Of a DNA stretch of 64,000 bases, positions 1 through 12,139 are shown one piece after another. The stretch is taken from positions 8,556,001-8,620,000 of the forward strand of contig NC_135761.1 of NCBI RefSeq assembly GCF_052425735.1, read 5' to 3'. The DNA is from Oculina patagonica (lineage: Eukaryota). The translations under genes and the position numbers were made by a program. Under the pieces are notes generated by a model that worked only from the letters and a program-made list of their open reading frames with translations, did not search any database and was not told the DNA's origin. Position 1 is the stretch's first letter. Every line of letters begins with the position of its first letter.

Positions 1-341
1 AAGATTGAATTAGATATAACGAATTTTTACTGGGAAAACTACTTCAGAGTTTTGGCGCAGATGAAATTGAATAAAAACTATAACTCCCAGACTTTCGATA
101 CGAATTTACCATGCGGAATATTTAATATGAGGTGAATTACAGAGAAGAGTATAAAAGGTTAAGTTTTAAGAATAGCGTTATGAATTTGTTTTGCCAATTT
201 TATTCGAAATCCCGGAAAAGTGACATTCCATTTAAGTTTTGATCCGGAATTTTAAACTGTGGGCGAAAGGGAATACAAAAAAAGTTCAACAGTTTGTATA
301 CCTCTTTTATACCAAGATTTCTGCAAAAACATCCCCTAATC

Positions 342-566
342 CAGGCCGTAGCCATACCTTTGCCATAAAAGAGGCAAGATATTGCTACGGGGCTCTGGGG
401 GGGAGGCCCTCCCCCCAGAAATTATGAAAACTAGAAAATCTAAAACGTTTTTTCCCGAAACTGTTTAGAAGGTATTTTTTGAGAAAAGTCAATCTTGTTC
501 AGCTGGGGATTTGGGTTAAAATGTAGACAACGTGAGTGCCTTATGTTGCCTCTTGCTACGTAGCTG
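342..566. mobile_element. Short non-autonomous TIR element (CAG...CTG ends, 5-bp TSD)
   Basis: Begins CAGGCCGTAGC and ends GCTACGTAGCTG (imperfect inverted ends); TAATC on both sides (337-341, 567-571). Ends resemble the element at 41160-41920. Confidence 0.55.
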
Positions 567-1105
567 TAATCTTGTAATCTTAGTGTGGATCATGCGTTTG
601 GATCTGTCTATTGATCAGGAAATGCCAGCCACAGACAAGAGAGTATAAATATATCTTCCGCCACTCTGTATCCGATAAAATTTTTATTAAAATTGCTTTA
701 TTTAATTTTAATATGCCTGTACGTGATTCTTAATTAAAGAAAGATAGCTAATCTAAAAAATTTTGTTCAAGGAAGACAAATAGTGTTTTCAAATTTAATT
801 AAAAAACTCTCAAAGAGAATTTAAAAGTTAACCTGATACTTATCAGCCCTACACTACATTTTCCTCAAATTAAAGAGGACACTATTTACAGTTTACAGAA
901 CAATAAGGAGATAAAAGTTAACATCTCTCTGCTAGGCAGCAGATGATATCAAAGACCAATGTTACTATAGCTGCGGTGAAAAAAAATATCCAGCAAAAGC
1001 AACTACTAATTCATTTTCCCCAAATTCAAAACATTTTCTTTGATGCAAGATAATGAACCTGTATTTCATACAACAATATTCCTTTCCTTGCTTATCGCAC
1101 AAAAT

Positions 1106-2077
1106 TCATAAAACTACGATCCAAAATTTAAGCTTTGACACTGATCTAAATGTCCGTTCCACAATGATGTCCTCATTGTGATTTTTTCTCAGTGCATTCT
1201 TTACAGCTCGTCGTATTTCTCCAATTCTCCAGCAGTACACAAGAGGATTTAAAAAGGAGTTAATGAAAACAACAGTTGTCACGTAGTCATATGCAATTTT
1301 CAATGTAATTGTGTACCCAGTAAACGTTTCCAGAAAAATCGTCACAAAAAGTGGAAAAAAGAAAACTAATAACAAACCATTAACATAAAGTACAGTTATA
1401 GAAGATTTTCTACATTTGAGCACGTTTATCGTGTTGCTTTGAACACTTTGTTGTTGCTGGGATATCTGGCGCTGATGTCTGCGAACGATCTGAAATATCT
1501 TCAAGGTGCTTATGGCTGTAACAAGAAATGTAAGCAGTAGTACTACCACAGGAACAAAAAGCCACCCACTCATCCAAAACCTCAGCAAAACGACTGCAAA
1601 TGAAACTACCCACACGACAAAAACAGAAACCGTTATTCTACGAACGGTAACAACCTCGTTGTAGCGCAGATGAAGTGTTAAAGCGAGAAGTCGATCGATG
1701 GAGATTCCGCTTAGTGTTGCCAAGGACACGCCAGTGGTAGTATAGCTAGATATGCTCTGAATAATTCTGAAGGCACAGTAAGCGTTCGCGTTACCCACTA
1801 GTTCCGCGATGTGAAAGGCGACAAAAAAAGGCTGACAAATCACTCCGACGACAAGATCCGAAGCTGCGAGGCAAAACAGAAGGATGAAAGATGGCGAATG
1901 AAGTTCTTGTTTTCTCCAGATGACATGTAAAATAACAACATTACCAGTAGATGTTAACAGAGAAAACACAGTATTAAGAATAGACGTTAGAACACTTGCG
2001 ATGAAGGTGTCTTTCGTTTGTTCCAAGTTAACGTTTAAGAAAAAGCAGTTGGGATTAATTATACTGCTTCCATTCAT
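1106..2077 (-). CDS. Class A 7TM GPCR, melanocortin/odorant-receptor-like orphan, 323 aa; the only inverted copy, with an extended C-tail
   Basis: Intronless ORF with 7 hydrophobic segments, LHSPSFILLFCLAASD (ICL1/TM2), SIDRLLAL (DRY variant) and NPLVY (NPxxY); paralogous to the other copies. Confidence 0.93.
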   Translation of the reverse strand: MNGSSIINPNCFFLNVNLEQTKDTFIASVLTSILNTVFSLLTSTGNVVILHVIWRKQELHSPSFILLFCLAASDLVVGVICQPFFVAFHIAELVGNANAYCAFRIIQSISSYTTTGVSLATLSGISIDRLLALTLHLRYNEVVTVRRITVSVFVVWVVSFAVVLLRFWMSGWLFVPVVVLLLTFLVTAISTLKIFQIVRRHQRQISQQQQSVQSNTINVLKCRKSSITVLYVNGLLLVFFFPLFVTIFLETFTGYTITLKIAYDYVTTVVFINSFLNPLVYCWRIGEIRRAVKNALRKNHNEDIIVERTFRSVSKLKFWIVVL

Positions 2078-3744
2078 GTCGAAGATGAATGTTACTGACT
2101 AGCTATCATCCTCAGCGTGTCCTTTAATTTCTGTTGCTGCAGCTGATGTTAGTCATATATTGTTAATATCTGCCATATTCGTGACCCCCAATTGATAACC
2201 GAGACAGACGGAGCTGTCGAACTTATTTACTTAACTTCGTAGAAAGAAATTATTGTGAAAGTCGACCTGTCATCCGCTATCTTAATGAGCACACTCGAAC
2301 TATGAACGAGATAGCTTTATATTTACTTTATTTTTAATGTTTTCAAAACTAACCTATTCACAGTCTTGCTTCGAAGCATCGAACCAAACAATTTTTTACA
2401 CCTTTATCCATCGTTTTAACAGGAGTTGAATGAACTGATTATATCGGCTTAAGATGGAAACTTTAATTACTTCCTTCAACATTTCAAGACAAGGAAGCTT
2501 TGAGACGAATATAAGGCGCTTGCTTATCTCTGTTGACAGGCATGCGCAGTAAATAAATACACATAGTAGGCTCAAAAGAAAAAAGAATGGTTAAATAAAC
2601 CATCCAGTTTTACCGAAAACAACGAATTTGAAAATAGAAAGTTGGTAAAATATAGCGGTTAAGCTGATTTTGGATGAGAATGACTTGCATGTAGGCCAAT
2701 TTTTAAGTTGGGTACTATGTAATTTTTTTATGTTTGTACAGGTCTTTTTACCTAGCGAAAACTTCAAATAAACAGACATAAAAAGAAAAAAAGAGCTTTA
2801 CCGACACATTTTTTTTATTTACACAACGTTACAATTGCCTTCGGAAGCAGAAAACGTTTGATTTTCTTTCGCATGGGTGAAAACTAACACAATATTTTAG
2901 CCAACGTTTTGTCTCTGTCATAATTTATTGGTGAGAATCCTTCACCTTTTGCAGACGAAATTATAAATGTCATTTGAACTTTGATCAAAATTTCAATAAA
3001 ACATTTGTTAGATAGAAAAAAAAAACAGTATTTTTAAAAAAAAATGTTGTATTGTAATGTTTTGCTAAGTTTAAAAAATGCTTCAAAAGATATAACCGGC
3101 TGGCTCCTTCTAAAAATTGCATTACGGTTTAGATCATTGCTTAGAATTATTGTTGTCTTAAATTGTAGCCATATTGTTTTTATTCACCCTTTGTTACACC
3201 AACGCACTTGGAAAACGCACTGATCATTCCAGGTGTTTTCATTAATCATTAATCCTTATCCCACACACATGAAAATGTAAAAAAAAATACTTATTTTAAA
3301 ATAAATTTCGCGTTATAAAGTAAAAGAGAAAATTAAAACAAAATCATAAAATCGGTAGCTTAATGGAATATGATCAATCATATGCAGAAAACGAATCCAG
3401 TTAAATATATTGTCAGTAATGAGGTAACAGTTTTTTTAATGTTTTCTTTTATGCAATGTAGGCGACGTATGTCATGTGTCTTGTTATCTTTCATTGGCCG
3501 TTTTCTCAGTCAAGAATAAACATATTTTGGAGGAGTCTTGGTAAAACGCTTCTTAGAAACTTAAAATTAGTTACGTAGAGAATTCTTTCTTGATAAGGTT
3601 TCATCTAACGAATTTCAATTGCTCGTGTAAAGCAACAATCTTTGGATTTTTTTTTGTCTTTTTCTTATAAACAGGGTTTTTTTTTTTTTAAAATTGCGCG
3701 CGAATTTAAGAATGAGGAATTTTAGAAAAATCTTTATTTTGAAA

Positions 3745-3783
<39 letters not shown>

Positions 3784-3804
3784 CCCCCCCCCCCCCCCCC
3801 CCCC
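3745..3804. repeat. Long A run followed by a long C run (low complexity)
   Basis: More than 30 A, then TT, then about 20 C. Exact run lengths may be unreliable in the assembly. Confidence 0.8.
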
Positions 3805-5602
3805 TGGCCCGAACAACATTTTTCAACGCCAGAGTCGTCTTGGTAAATCTACGCTAGTGTTGTCAAAATGCAGCTGTGTTTTTTTCTTATGCACATGCCC
3901 CACAACTCCAAAACCAAAAATGGGTCATAGATAAAAGCCATAGACCATGCTTTTAATGTTTTTAATACGGAGCGCTGTTGGACTGTGCTATACTGCAAGC
4001 GCTTGATTACATGGCCGTGCATCAAATTTGATGGGCTAAAATCTATATTGACGGCTGTCTAGATCTCCAATCTTGGCCGGCATCTAGACCGGTCAAGCTG
4101 TTACATTTGCGGCGAGAAACAAACATTGACTTGCTAAAAGTACTTAAATGAAAAAAAAGAGTAGAAAAAGAGGAAAGCAAGCCTTGGATCGCAGGCATGC
4201 AGTCAAAATTTAAGCTGAGGACAAAATTAATTGCGAAGTATTTACCGGACCAGAAGTTAGTAGCAATCAAGGCAACCGGTAGTCAGTTAAAATTAAATTT
4301 CTTTGTTGGTTGTCAGTTAAATTTCTCGCCCTAAAGACGACTTTTTAACCTGTAAGAATATTTTTTTTTAGTCAATATACGATGATAGAGAAAATTGAGA
4401 ACCCAACTGGCAGTCATCTTGACCTTCTTTTGTCCAAATTCTTCATCGTCTTCCACAAGCGAAATGTCAGCGAGTATCTAAAGGCAAAAAAAATAAAAGC
4501 TTTTTCTTAACCATTGACTGTTCAGTCAATTAAATTTTGTCCTTTATATATGTCATAAGACACTAAATCGACCTAAATGATTTAAAAAACGTGATGCGTT
4601 GGAGATAAAGGTGATATATTAATGATTCCTTAAATGAACGTTATTCACTTTTAATAGACGATAGTGATTTATCATTAACCTTTAGTAATATTAATGCCTT
4701 TAGCAATATTTCTTGGAAATATTTTCAGTCCAAACGCCTTGATTGTAAATTTTCAAAATTCGCAATGTTTTGTATATAGCACACTTAGAGCGATTTCTTT
4801 CAAATGAACGAAATTTTGATTCGGCAAATGTCCGCCATGTTTACTCGCCTAGATGTCAAAGGTGACATGGCTTAGTGACCAAGCCTTCAAATGATAACTA
4901 AAATGACCTCTCGCGGGGCGATTAAGCGTCATAGACCGAGTACTTCTCGACCAATCAGAATGCCCCGATTCTTATATTCACCGTTAATAACCGAAAGTGA
5001 GCGATGTCTTATTGTTCAAATACAACAAGTACAAAAAATAAAAGCAAGAATGTGACACGTCACGTACAAAGCTCTTCCTGACAGACATGATGTTACTTTT
5101 GAAAATTTACCTTCAAACCACCATACAAATTTAAATTTATACAACAGCCATGAAATAACAAAATAACAATCTTATAACGCTCTTTCCATTTCTTGTTGGC
5201 ATCCGTTTCTGTCCACGACCATTTTTATGGCTAAAAAACATAAGGATACGTGACAAAGATCAGGAACGATTTGGTACCGAGTATCCTTTCACACACAAGT
5301 GTGCCAACTTAGCAGGTGACCAACTCGAGCGTTAACTCTGTGATTGGTTAAAAGCCTTAGTACGTGTTTGTAAAACTAAGTAACATATTGAAGTGAATAT
5401 ATGAAATATCATGTTTCAACTGCGAGTCAATGCGTTAATAGGCAAACAACTTAAGTCGTTGCGAAAAAAAGCCTAAAAGACAATCAAGCTTATTTTAATT
5501 TCAGCCTTTCGTTTTAGCAGCTGCTTATAGGTTACGGACATAACTATAAGTATCCTGTTCTTGTATTTTCTGAGGTCAATTCAACACTGACATTGTTAGT
5601 AA

Positions 5603-6409
5603 GGGCCGAATCGCACTAGCGGACAAGTTTTAAATGTCATGACATTTTTGACCAAAACAAAATTGTCGCGACAAGTCAGAGACATCTTGAAGAGAACAAA
5701 AGGTGAAATTATTAGTACAATAGCTTTGCACGTGCTTCTGGCATCCCTGTACATTTCTCAGCACGGCCGTCTTGGGCAAACATTTAATATGCAGTACCAC
5801 GCGGTAAAAAAATTCTAAAAAAATTTGCATTTAGAGCACGCGTGTTCTCATGCAGTGGAATAATGAGTCGTCTCAAGATAACTTTTTCTTTTCTCATTCT
5901 TACATTGGGCAAATACTTCGCTTATAAACATGCCTTGCCTATCGCGAAAAGATTTTGCGGCTGAATTATGATAGTGAGAGCCACATCACGGTGCATACTA
6001 TCGCAAACATTTTGGTGTGCGTGTTGTTATTAGGTCCAGTTTGGGCCAAACACAATAGCCAATCAACAACGTATTGTTATCTGGCATTACGAGGGCATGG
6101 GAATGCGACTTGTCATGAAATGTCCTGCCTCGAGGCAGGACTTCGGCTCCTTTGATGATTTGTCCGTTTTGACAAAATTTGCCCTTGTCCAACAAGTCGT
6201 ACGCACTTGTTTTTGCAATTGTTTGACAAAATGTATCGCGCGTGCAACGCGGACCAATCATAAGACAGCTGCTTCTTTGTTTTCCTAAAATGTTGGACAA
6301 GTTGTAGGTCTCGAAAAACGTAATCACACTTGTATTCTGCAACAAGTGACTCATTAATGATGAAATCTACCATTTGTTTCAAAATTTGTCCGCTAGTGCG
6401 ATTCGGCCC
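5603..6409. mobile_element. PIF/Harbinger-type (Tourist-like) MITE, 807 bp
   Basis: Perfect TIR GGGCCGAATCGCACTAGCGGACAA...TTGTCCGCTAGTGCGATTCGGCCC; TAA on both sides (5600-5602, 6410-6412). The paralogous flank near 11030-11065 lacks it. Confidence 0.85.
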
Positions 6410-6579
6410 TAACGCTCACAAAACAAACTTATTTGCCACTAATTACCAAATTTGAGCCGCCTTATTGTTTAAATACAGCGGGTACATAATTATGAATGGT
6501 TTGACATGCCACCTGCAGAACTCTTCATAAGCAGATAGGATATAATCTACGGTTAGAAAGCCACGTTCAAGATTTCAAC

Positions 6580-7479
6580 ATGAACACGACCCATCCTAGT
6601 GATCTAACGTGTTTTTTCTTGGATGTAAACTTGGAAAAAACTAGAGATACTTTTATCGCAAGTATTCTAACGTGTATTCTCAATGCAGTGTTTTCTGTGA
6701 TAACAGTGACTGGCAATTTTATCATTCTACATGTCATCTGGAAAACGCAAGAGCTTCACTCGCCATCTTCCATCCTTCTGTTCTGTCTCGCAGCTTCGGA
6801 TCTCCTCGTTGGACTGATCTGCCAGCCATTTTTCGTGGCGTATAAGATTGCCGAACTGGTGGGCAACTTTAGAGCGTATTGTATCTTGAGAATGATTCAG
6901 AACATATCTGGCTTTACCACGGCTGGTGCGTCTTTGGCAATTTTAAGCGGAATCTCTGTTGATCGGTTGCTTGCTTTAATCTTGCATCTACGATACAACA
7001 CTATTGTTACCGTTCAAAGAATAGTGCAAACCGTTGTTGTCTTCTGGATCTTATCTGTGACAACCAACATCTTAAGATTTTGGATTCACCAGTGGATGAT
7101 CTTTCCTTTGGTAATAGTCGTTACAAGTTTTATAGTTTCAACCCTTAGCACCTTAAAAATATTTAAGATCGTTCGCAGACATCAGCGTCAGATAAGTCAG
7201 CAGCAGCTGAATGTTCAAATCAACACAGTAAACGTCCTCAAGTGTAGAAAATCCGCTGTTACTGTACTTTATGTCTCTGTTTTGTTCTTGATTTTCTATG
7301 TTCCATTTTCGGTGACAATGATTGTGGAGACATTCACTGGATATACATTAAAAGTTAAAATCGCCTATGACTACGTGACAACTGTTGTTTTTATAAACTC
7401 TTTTTTGAATCCTTTTGTGTATTGCTGGAGAATTGGAGAAATACGACGAGCTGTTAAGAATACACTGAGGAGAAACTGA
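6580..7479 (+). CDS. Class A 7TM GPCR, 299 aa
   Basis: Intact intronless ORF with family motifs (LHSPS, LAASD, SVDRLLAL, RKSAVT, NPFVY). Confidence 0.94.
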   Translation: MNTTHPSDLTCFFLDVNLEKTRDTFIASILTCILNAVFSVITVTGNFIILHVIWKTQELHSPSSILLFCLAASDLLVGLICQPFFVAYKIAELVGNFRAYCILRMIQNISGFTTAGASLAILSGISVDRLLALILHLRYNTIVTVQRIVQTVVVFWILSVTTNILRFWIHQWMIFPLVIVVTSFIVSTLSTLKIFKIVRRHQRQISQQQLNVQINTVNVLKCRKSAVTVLYVSVLFLIFYVPFSVTMIVETFTGYTLKVKIAYDYVTTVVFINSFLNPFVYCWRIGEIRRAVKNTLRRN

Positions 7480-8019
7480 TCACTTGAAAGAGAAACTAAG
7501 TAGCTTAGATGCATTAACCTGAATTGCCAACTCTTGTAATGCTGTAAACAAAACGAAAAAAAACACATCAAACTTGTAAGCAAGTAACGAAGTGGTTCAA
7601 GTGAATTTCGTCAATTACAATAAGCTGGTGAAACGTTCATATTCCATCGAGGAAAACAGAGCCAGCCTTGAGGTATACAACAACACACAGGAAGAGGGCG
7701 GAAGAGCCTCCAGAAAGAGTCATTATGGTGGGCAAAATGTATTAAATGTGTGTGTAGATGTTGCCATATAAATGTCAGATAAAGCTGTTAGATTGGCTTA
7801 GCTTTCCAATCTGTCTTGCCCGAGCTTTACACGCTAGTTATTTTGTTTTACTCACTTGCTGGTGCATGATGATACTTCAGTCGTCCAAATGCGTTAAAGT
7901 GTGTTACTGAAACTTTCTTTAATCTGTAAAGCGAGGCAGGTCGAAAAGGTTTTTCTGCAATAGCTACAAAATGTAGTATCAATCAGATATTAAGAGGAAA
8001 TGGATGACTAAAAAGAGAT

Positions 8020-8254
8020 TCTTCCATCCTTTTGTTTTGCCTTGCAATTTTGGATCTCCTCGTTGGACTGATTTGCCAGCCATTTTTCGTGGCATATAAG
8101 ATTGCCGAACTTGTAGACAACATTGGAGCGTACTGTATCTTAAAAATGATTCAGAGCATATCTGGCTGGACAACGGCTGGCGTGTCTTTGGAAATTTTAA
8201 GCGGAATCTCTGTTGATCAGTTTCTCGCTTTAATCCTTAATCTACGATACAACA
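8020..8254 (+). pseudogene. Internal GPCR fragment (TM2-TM3/ICL2 only)
   Basis: Translates to FCLAILDLLVGLICQPFF...SVDQFLALILNLRYN; no N-terminus and no TM4-7. Confidence 0.88.
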
Positions 8255-8326
8255 TTTACGCCTATTTACGGTGTAAAACACCGAGTTTTAAGAAAAGGTT
8301 TCAAATTTGCTATGTGAATAATTGAT

Positions 8327-8655
8327 TGTAGTGTCAAAATCCAACACACGTGCAACTGACAAGGTTTATCCCTATGTGCTTTAGGGAATTACCTCCCGCT
8401 TTTAGCTGAGTTTCCATGGTAACCATGTTTTAGCAGTTTTTGTGTAAAAAAATTAAACATATAAGAGTATGGAATTAAAACTGAAACTCGTTCCCGATAA
8501 CTAATGGTGGCCAACCAGCTTTCTGAGTCAACAAGATGTTTGCTCACACAGTTTCAGTGCTCACTTCTGACACAGGTAAAAGCGGGAGGTAATCACCTAA
8601 AGAACCTGAGGACAATCATGTTCAGTTGCACGTCCAGTGGATTTTGAAACTACAA
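8327..8655. mobile_element. Palindromic MITE-like repeat
   Basis: TGTAGTGTCAAAATCCA..CGTGCAACTGA at the left is inverted relative to TCAGTTGCACG..TGGATTTTGAAACTACA at the right; inner ATTACCTCCCGCTTT / AAAGCGGGAGGTAAT. Related half-copies near 17597, 20067, 22962 and 50295. Confidence 0.6.
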
Positions 8656-9299
8656 ACAAGGGTCATTAATAAAAAAAATTGAGAAGCAAGAAAACCCAAA
8701 ATGGTACAAAAGGGATTTGTAACTGGCCTCGCAGCAACTTTTTTCATACAATTTTTTTTTAATTTTGAAATTTACGTTTATACTTTAAGGGTATTAAAAT
8801 TGGAAATCATTTTAATTTTATTTTGATCTCTTCATTTCTGCCTTATTTGATACGACGACTATTTTTATGCTTGAAAAGGTCGTATCTTTTACCAAACAAA
8901 AGAAATTGTCCGCTTTCCTTTACCAACCTTGGTCTTAAAATTTTAAACGATTAAATTGAAACTTGAAAAAAAAAAAATAGACGCTGATACGAAATCGACT
9001 GCCAAGTTCCAGAGCGATAAGAAACAAGAATCCTATCAAACACAACTGTACCAAGGTTCGCAGGTTACCTTAGTCCAGCGTTAATCCTGTGATTGGTTAA
9101 TAGGCTTTAAAAGTGTTGTTTTGTTGTTTGTACAACTAAATAACATATTATTGTATTCTCTGCATGAAGTCAATTTAACTCCGATACACTGTATTTTAAG
9201 ACCATTCATAAAAATCAACCTATTATATAAACAGCCTTGTTTTGCAAGGATTCCCAGGCTTGAGCAAAACCGTTATTGAACACAGGTAAAAAAACGATA

Positions 9300-9790
9300 A
9301 TTTTACCGTGGTGAGATCGATGACTTGAATTATGCTTGATATTATGTTTGTCCATTTTACTTAAATTTGTTGGTGTATAGTCAAAACATCTTCGGATATT
9401 CCTCGGAAGTCTTCGAGAAACTTCGAAAATCTTTGGTGATCCTCAGTAATCTTCGAAAAATTTCGGGAAATGTTTAATTCATTCGGAAAATCTTCAGAAA
9501 TCTTCGAAAAATTTCGGGAAATGTTTAATTCATTCGGAAAATCTTCAGAAATCTTCGGAAAATTTTCGGAAAATCGTCAAGACTTCGTTGTTAGTAAGTT
9601 TATAAAATAAATAAGATAATACATGGTTGCTTTAAAACATGAAATTTCTATTCGAGTGCTTAACTCGATATCTCATGCACCACTCGTTCGCTGCACTCAC
9701 TCGTGCAATATCGAGTAAGCGTATATCACTCGTTCGCTGCGAACAATCGAAGAAAAATTTCATAACTCCGCGTACTCTTGTATTATTCAC
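9300..9790. repeat. Interspersed repeat with TCGGAAA-rich core, ~50-bp tandem duplication and hairpin end
   Basis: Repeated TCTTCGGAAA-like units; tandem duplication at about 9448-9560; imperfect palindrome ATAATACATGG...ACTCGATAT...ATATCGAGT...TGTATTATT. Confidence 0.55.
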
Positions 9791-10059
9791 CATTAATTAC
9801 CGACAGTGAGCTGTCTTATTGTTCAGATACAGCAGGTAGATGTATACCTCACTGAAGAAACGTTGACCTAAGAAAAGCATAAACCATGAACGACGCGACC
9901 CAAATGTTTACTGGGAAATCTGGGAAATAATCGTCATCTGTGACAGAATGAACATGATAATAAAACAGGTTGCATAAAACCTGCTCTTATGGCTCTCAAA
10001 GAAAGAAAATATCTTGATTATCAATAAAAGGAATATTACTAAGCTTACCAAGGCTGTGT

Positions 10060-10355
10060 GTAATGGGAGGCGCGGTGGCCTAATGGTTAGAGCGCCGGAC
10101 TCCGGATCGAGCGGTCCGAGTTCGAGCCCCGGCAGGGGTCACTTGTGTTGTGTTCTTGGGCAAGACACTTAACTCTCATAGTGCCTCTCTCCACCCAGGT
10201 GTATAAATGGGTACCGGCGACATAATGCTGGGGGGGTACCCTGCAATGGACTAGCATCCCATTCAGGGGGGAGTAGAAATATTCCTAGCTGCTTAATGCT
10301 ACGGAAACTGGGATAAGCTCCGGCAGTGCGAGCCACTTGGCTCGTGGCTTCTCCT
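10060..10355 (+). mobile_element. tRNA-derived SINE, full length
   Basis: tRNA-like head with A box (GGTGGCCTAATGG) and B box (GTTCGAGCC); central CTTGGGCAAGACACTTAACTCTC...AAATGGGTAC domain typical of metazoan SINE cores; 15-bp TSD TTACCAAGGCTGTGT (10045-10059, 10356-10370). Confidence 0.9.
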
Positions 10356-11215
10356 TTACCAAGGCTGTGTACCCAGAATACCATTTGGTCTTATTGTTTA
10401 TGGTTTATGCTTTTCACAGGGTCAATTAGGTATATACATTGAAGAATAGCAATATCACATGTCACCTGCAAAGCTCTTCAAAAAGGGATGTTATTTCTGA
10501 GAACTTACTTTAAGCAAGGCAAATTTAATATTGCACATCAGCTGTGCGGTGGCTTCAAAATAGCAATCTTACGAATTTTACGACGTTCTTTCCATTTCTT
10601 TTTGATATTTATTTCCTTTCGCGGCTATATTTTGGACTGAAAACTTAAAGCTACGTGACCAAATTTAGAACGATTGTTCAACTAGTATGATTTCAAACAC
10701 AAATGTGCCAACTTAGCAGGTGATCCACTTGACCGTTAAACTCTGTGATTGGTTGAAAGCCTCTATAAGTGCTATATTCTTCTTTAAAAAAAACAAAATA
10801 GCATATTGGAGTGAACTCATGAAACATCATATATTTGAACTAAGAGTCAAAGAGGTACTGTGCACACAACTTAAGCCATTGCAAAAAGATAACCTGGAAA
10901 ACAATACGTTCAAGCCTAATTTTTCAGGGTTTCTTTTCGCAACTGCTTATAAGTTGTGCACATAACTTGCAAGGTCTTTTATTCATTAAGAATAAGTATA
11001 TGCTTTTCTAGTATTTTGTGAGGTCGATTCAACTGTGACATTTTTAAGAGCGTTTACAAAACAAGCTTTTTTTAAGTTGATTACTGAATTGAATGTGAGC
11101 TGCCTGATTGTTTGAATATAGCAGGTGTCTAATGTGAATGGTTTGACACGTCACCTGCAAAATTAGCACATACAATGTTATCTATGGCTGAAAAGTCATC
11201 AATATATTTTTCAGC

Positions 11216-12139
11216 ATGAACATAACCCCTCCTAGTAGTTTAACGTGTTTTTTCTTGGATGTAAACTTGGAAAAAAACAACGACATTTTTACCGCAAGTG
11301 TTTTAACGTGTATTCTCAATGCAGTGCTTTCTGTGATAACAATTACAAGCAATTTTATAATTTTACATGTTATTTGGAAAACGCAAGAGCTTCACTCGCC
11401 ATCTTCCGTCCTTTTGTTTTGCCTTGCAACTTCGGATCTCCTCGTTGGACTGATTTGCCAGCCATTTTTCGTGGCGTATCAGATTGCTAAACTTGTAGAC
11501 AACATTGGAGCGTACTGTGTCTTAAGAATGATTCAGAGCATATCTGGCTGGACAACGGCTGGTGCCTCTTTGGCAATTTTGAGTGCAGTCTCTGTTGACC
11601 GACTTCTCGCTTTAACGCTGCATCTACGATACAACACTATTGTTACCGTTCAAAGAATATTGCAAACTGTTTTTGTCTTCTGGATCTTATCTGTGACAAT
11701 CGTCATGTTAAGATTTTGGATTCGCCAGTGGATCATCCTTCCTGTGGTAATAGTCGTTACAACTTTGATAGTTACAACACTGAGTACCTGCAAAATTTTT
11801 CAGATTGTTCGCAGACATCAGCGCCAGATAAGTCAGCAACAGCATAGTGTTCAAATCAACGCAGTAAACGTGTTCAAATGCAGAAAATCTGCTGTGACCG
11901 TACTTTATGTCTATGGTTTGTTCTTGATGTTCTACATTCCATTTTTAGTGACGATGTTTGTGGAGACATTCAGTGGATACACATTAAAAGTTAAAATCGC
12001 CTATGACTACGCGACAACTGTTGTTTTCATTAATTCTTTCTTAAATCCTTTTGTTTTGTGCTGGAGAATTGGAGAAATACGACGAGCTGTTAAGAATTTA
12101 CTGAGGAGAAACCGATCAGTTGAAAGGATAACTGAGTAG
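11216..12139 (+). CDS. Class A 7TM GPCR, 307 aa (NPxxY changed to NPFVL)
   Basis: Intact ORF; its flanks align with those of the 6580 gene. Confidence 0.92.
   Translation: MNITPPSSLTCFFLDVNLEKNNDIFTASVLTCILNAVLSVITITSNFIILHVIWKTQELHSPSSVLLFCLATSDLLVGLICQPFFVAYQIAKLVDNIGAYCVLRMIQSISGWTTAGASLAILSAVSVDRLLALTLHLRYNTIVTVQRILQTVFVFWILSVTIVMLRFWIRQWIILPVVIVVTTLIVTTLSTCKIFQIVRRHQRQISQQQHSVQINAVNVFKCRKSAVTVLYVYGLFLMFYIPFLVTMFVETFSGYTLKVKIAYDYATTVVFINSFLNPFVLCWRIGEIRRAVKNLLRRNRSVERITE

Noticed and set aside
3745-3804. Functional meaning for the long A/C homopolymers (also G/C runs near 31720, 41820, 42525)
   Set aside because: Simple low-complexity tracts, mostly within repeats and prone to sequencing error.
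7180-7210. Poly-Q in ICL3 as an unstable microsatellite
   Set aside because: Mixed CAG/CAA codons and essentially constant length across paralogs.
9380-9580. CRISPR-like or regularly spaced repeat array
   Set aside because: Eukaryotic context; degenerate short repeats and one tandem duplication, without unique spacers or cas genes.
10065-10140. Possible tRNA gene
   Set aside because: It is the head of a SINE: it continues into a core and tail and is bounded by a 15-bp TSD.
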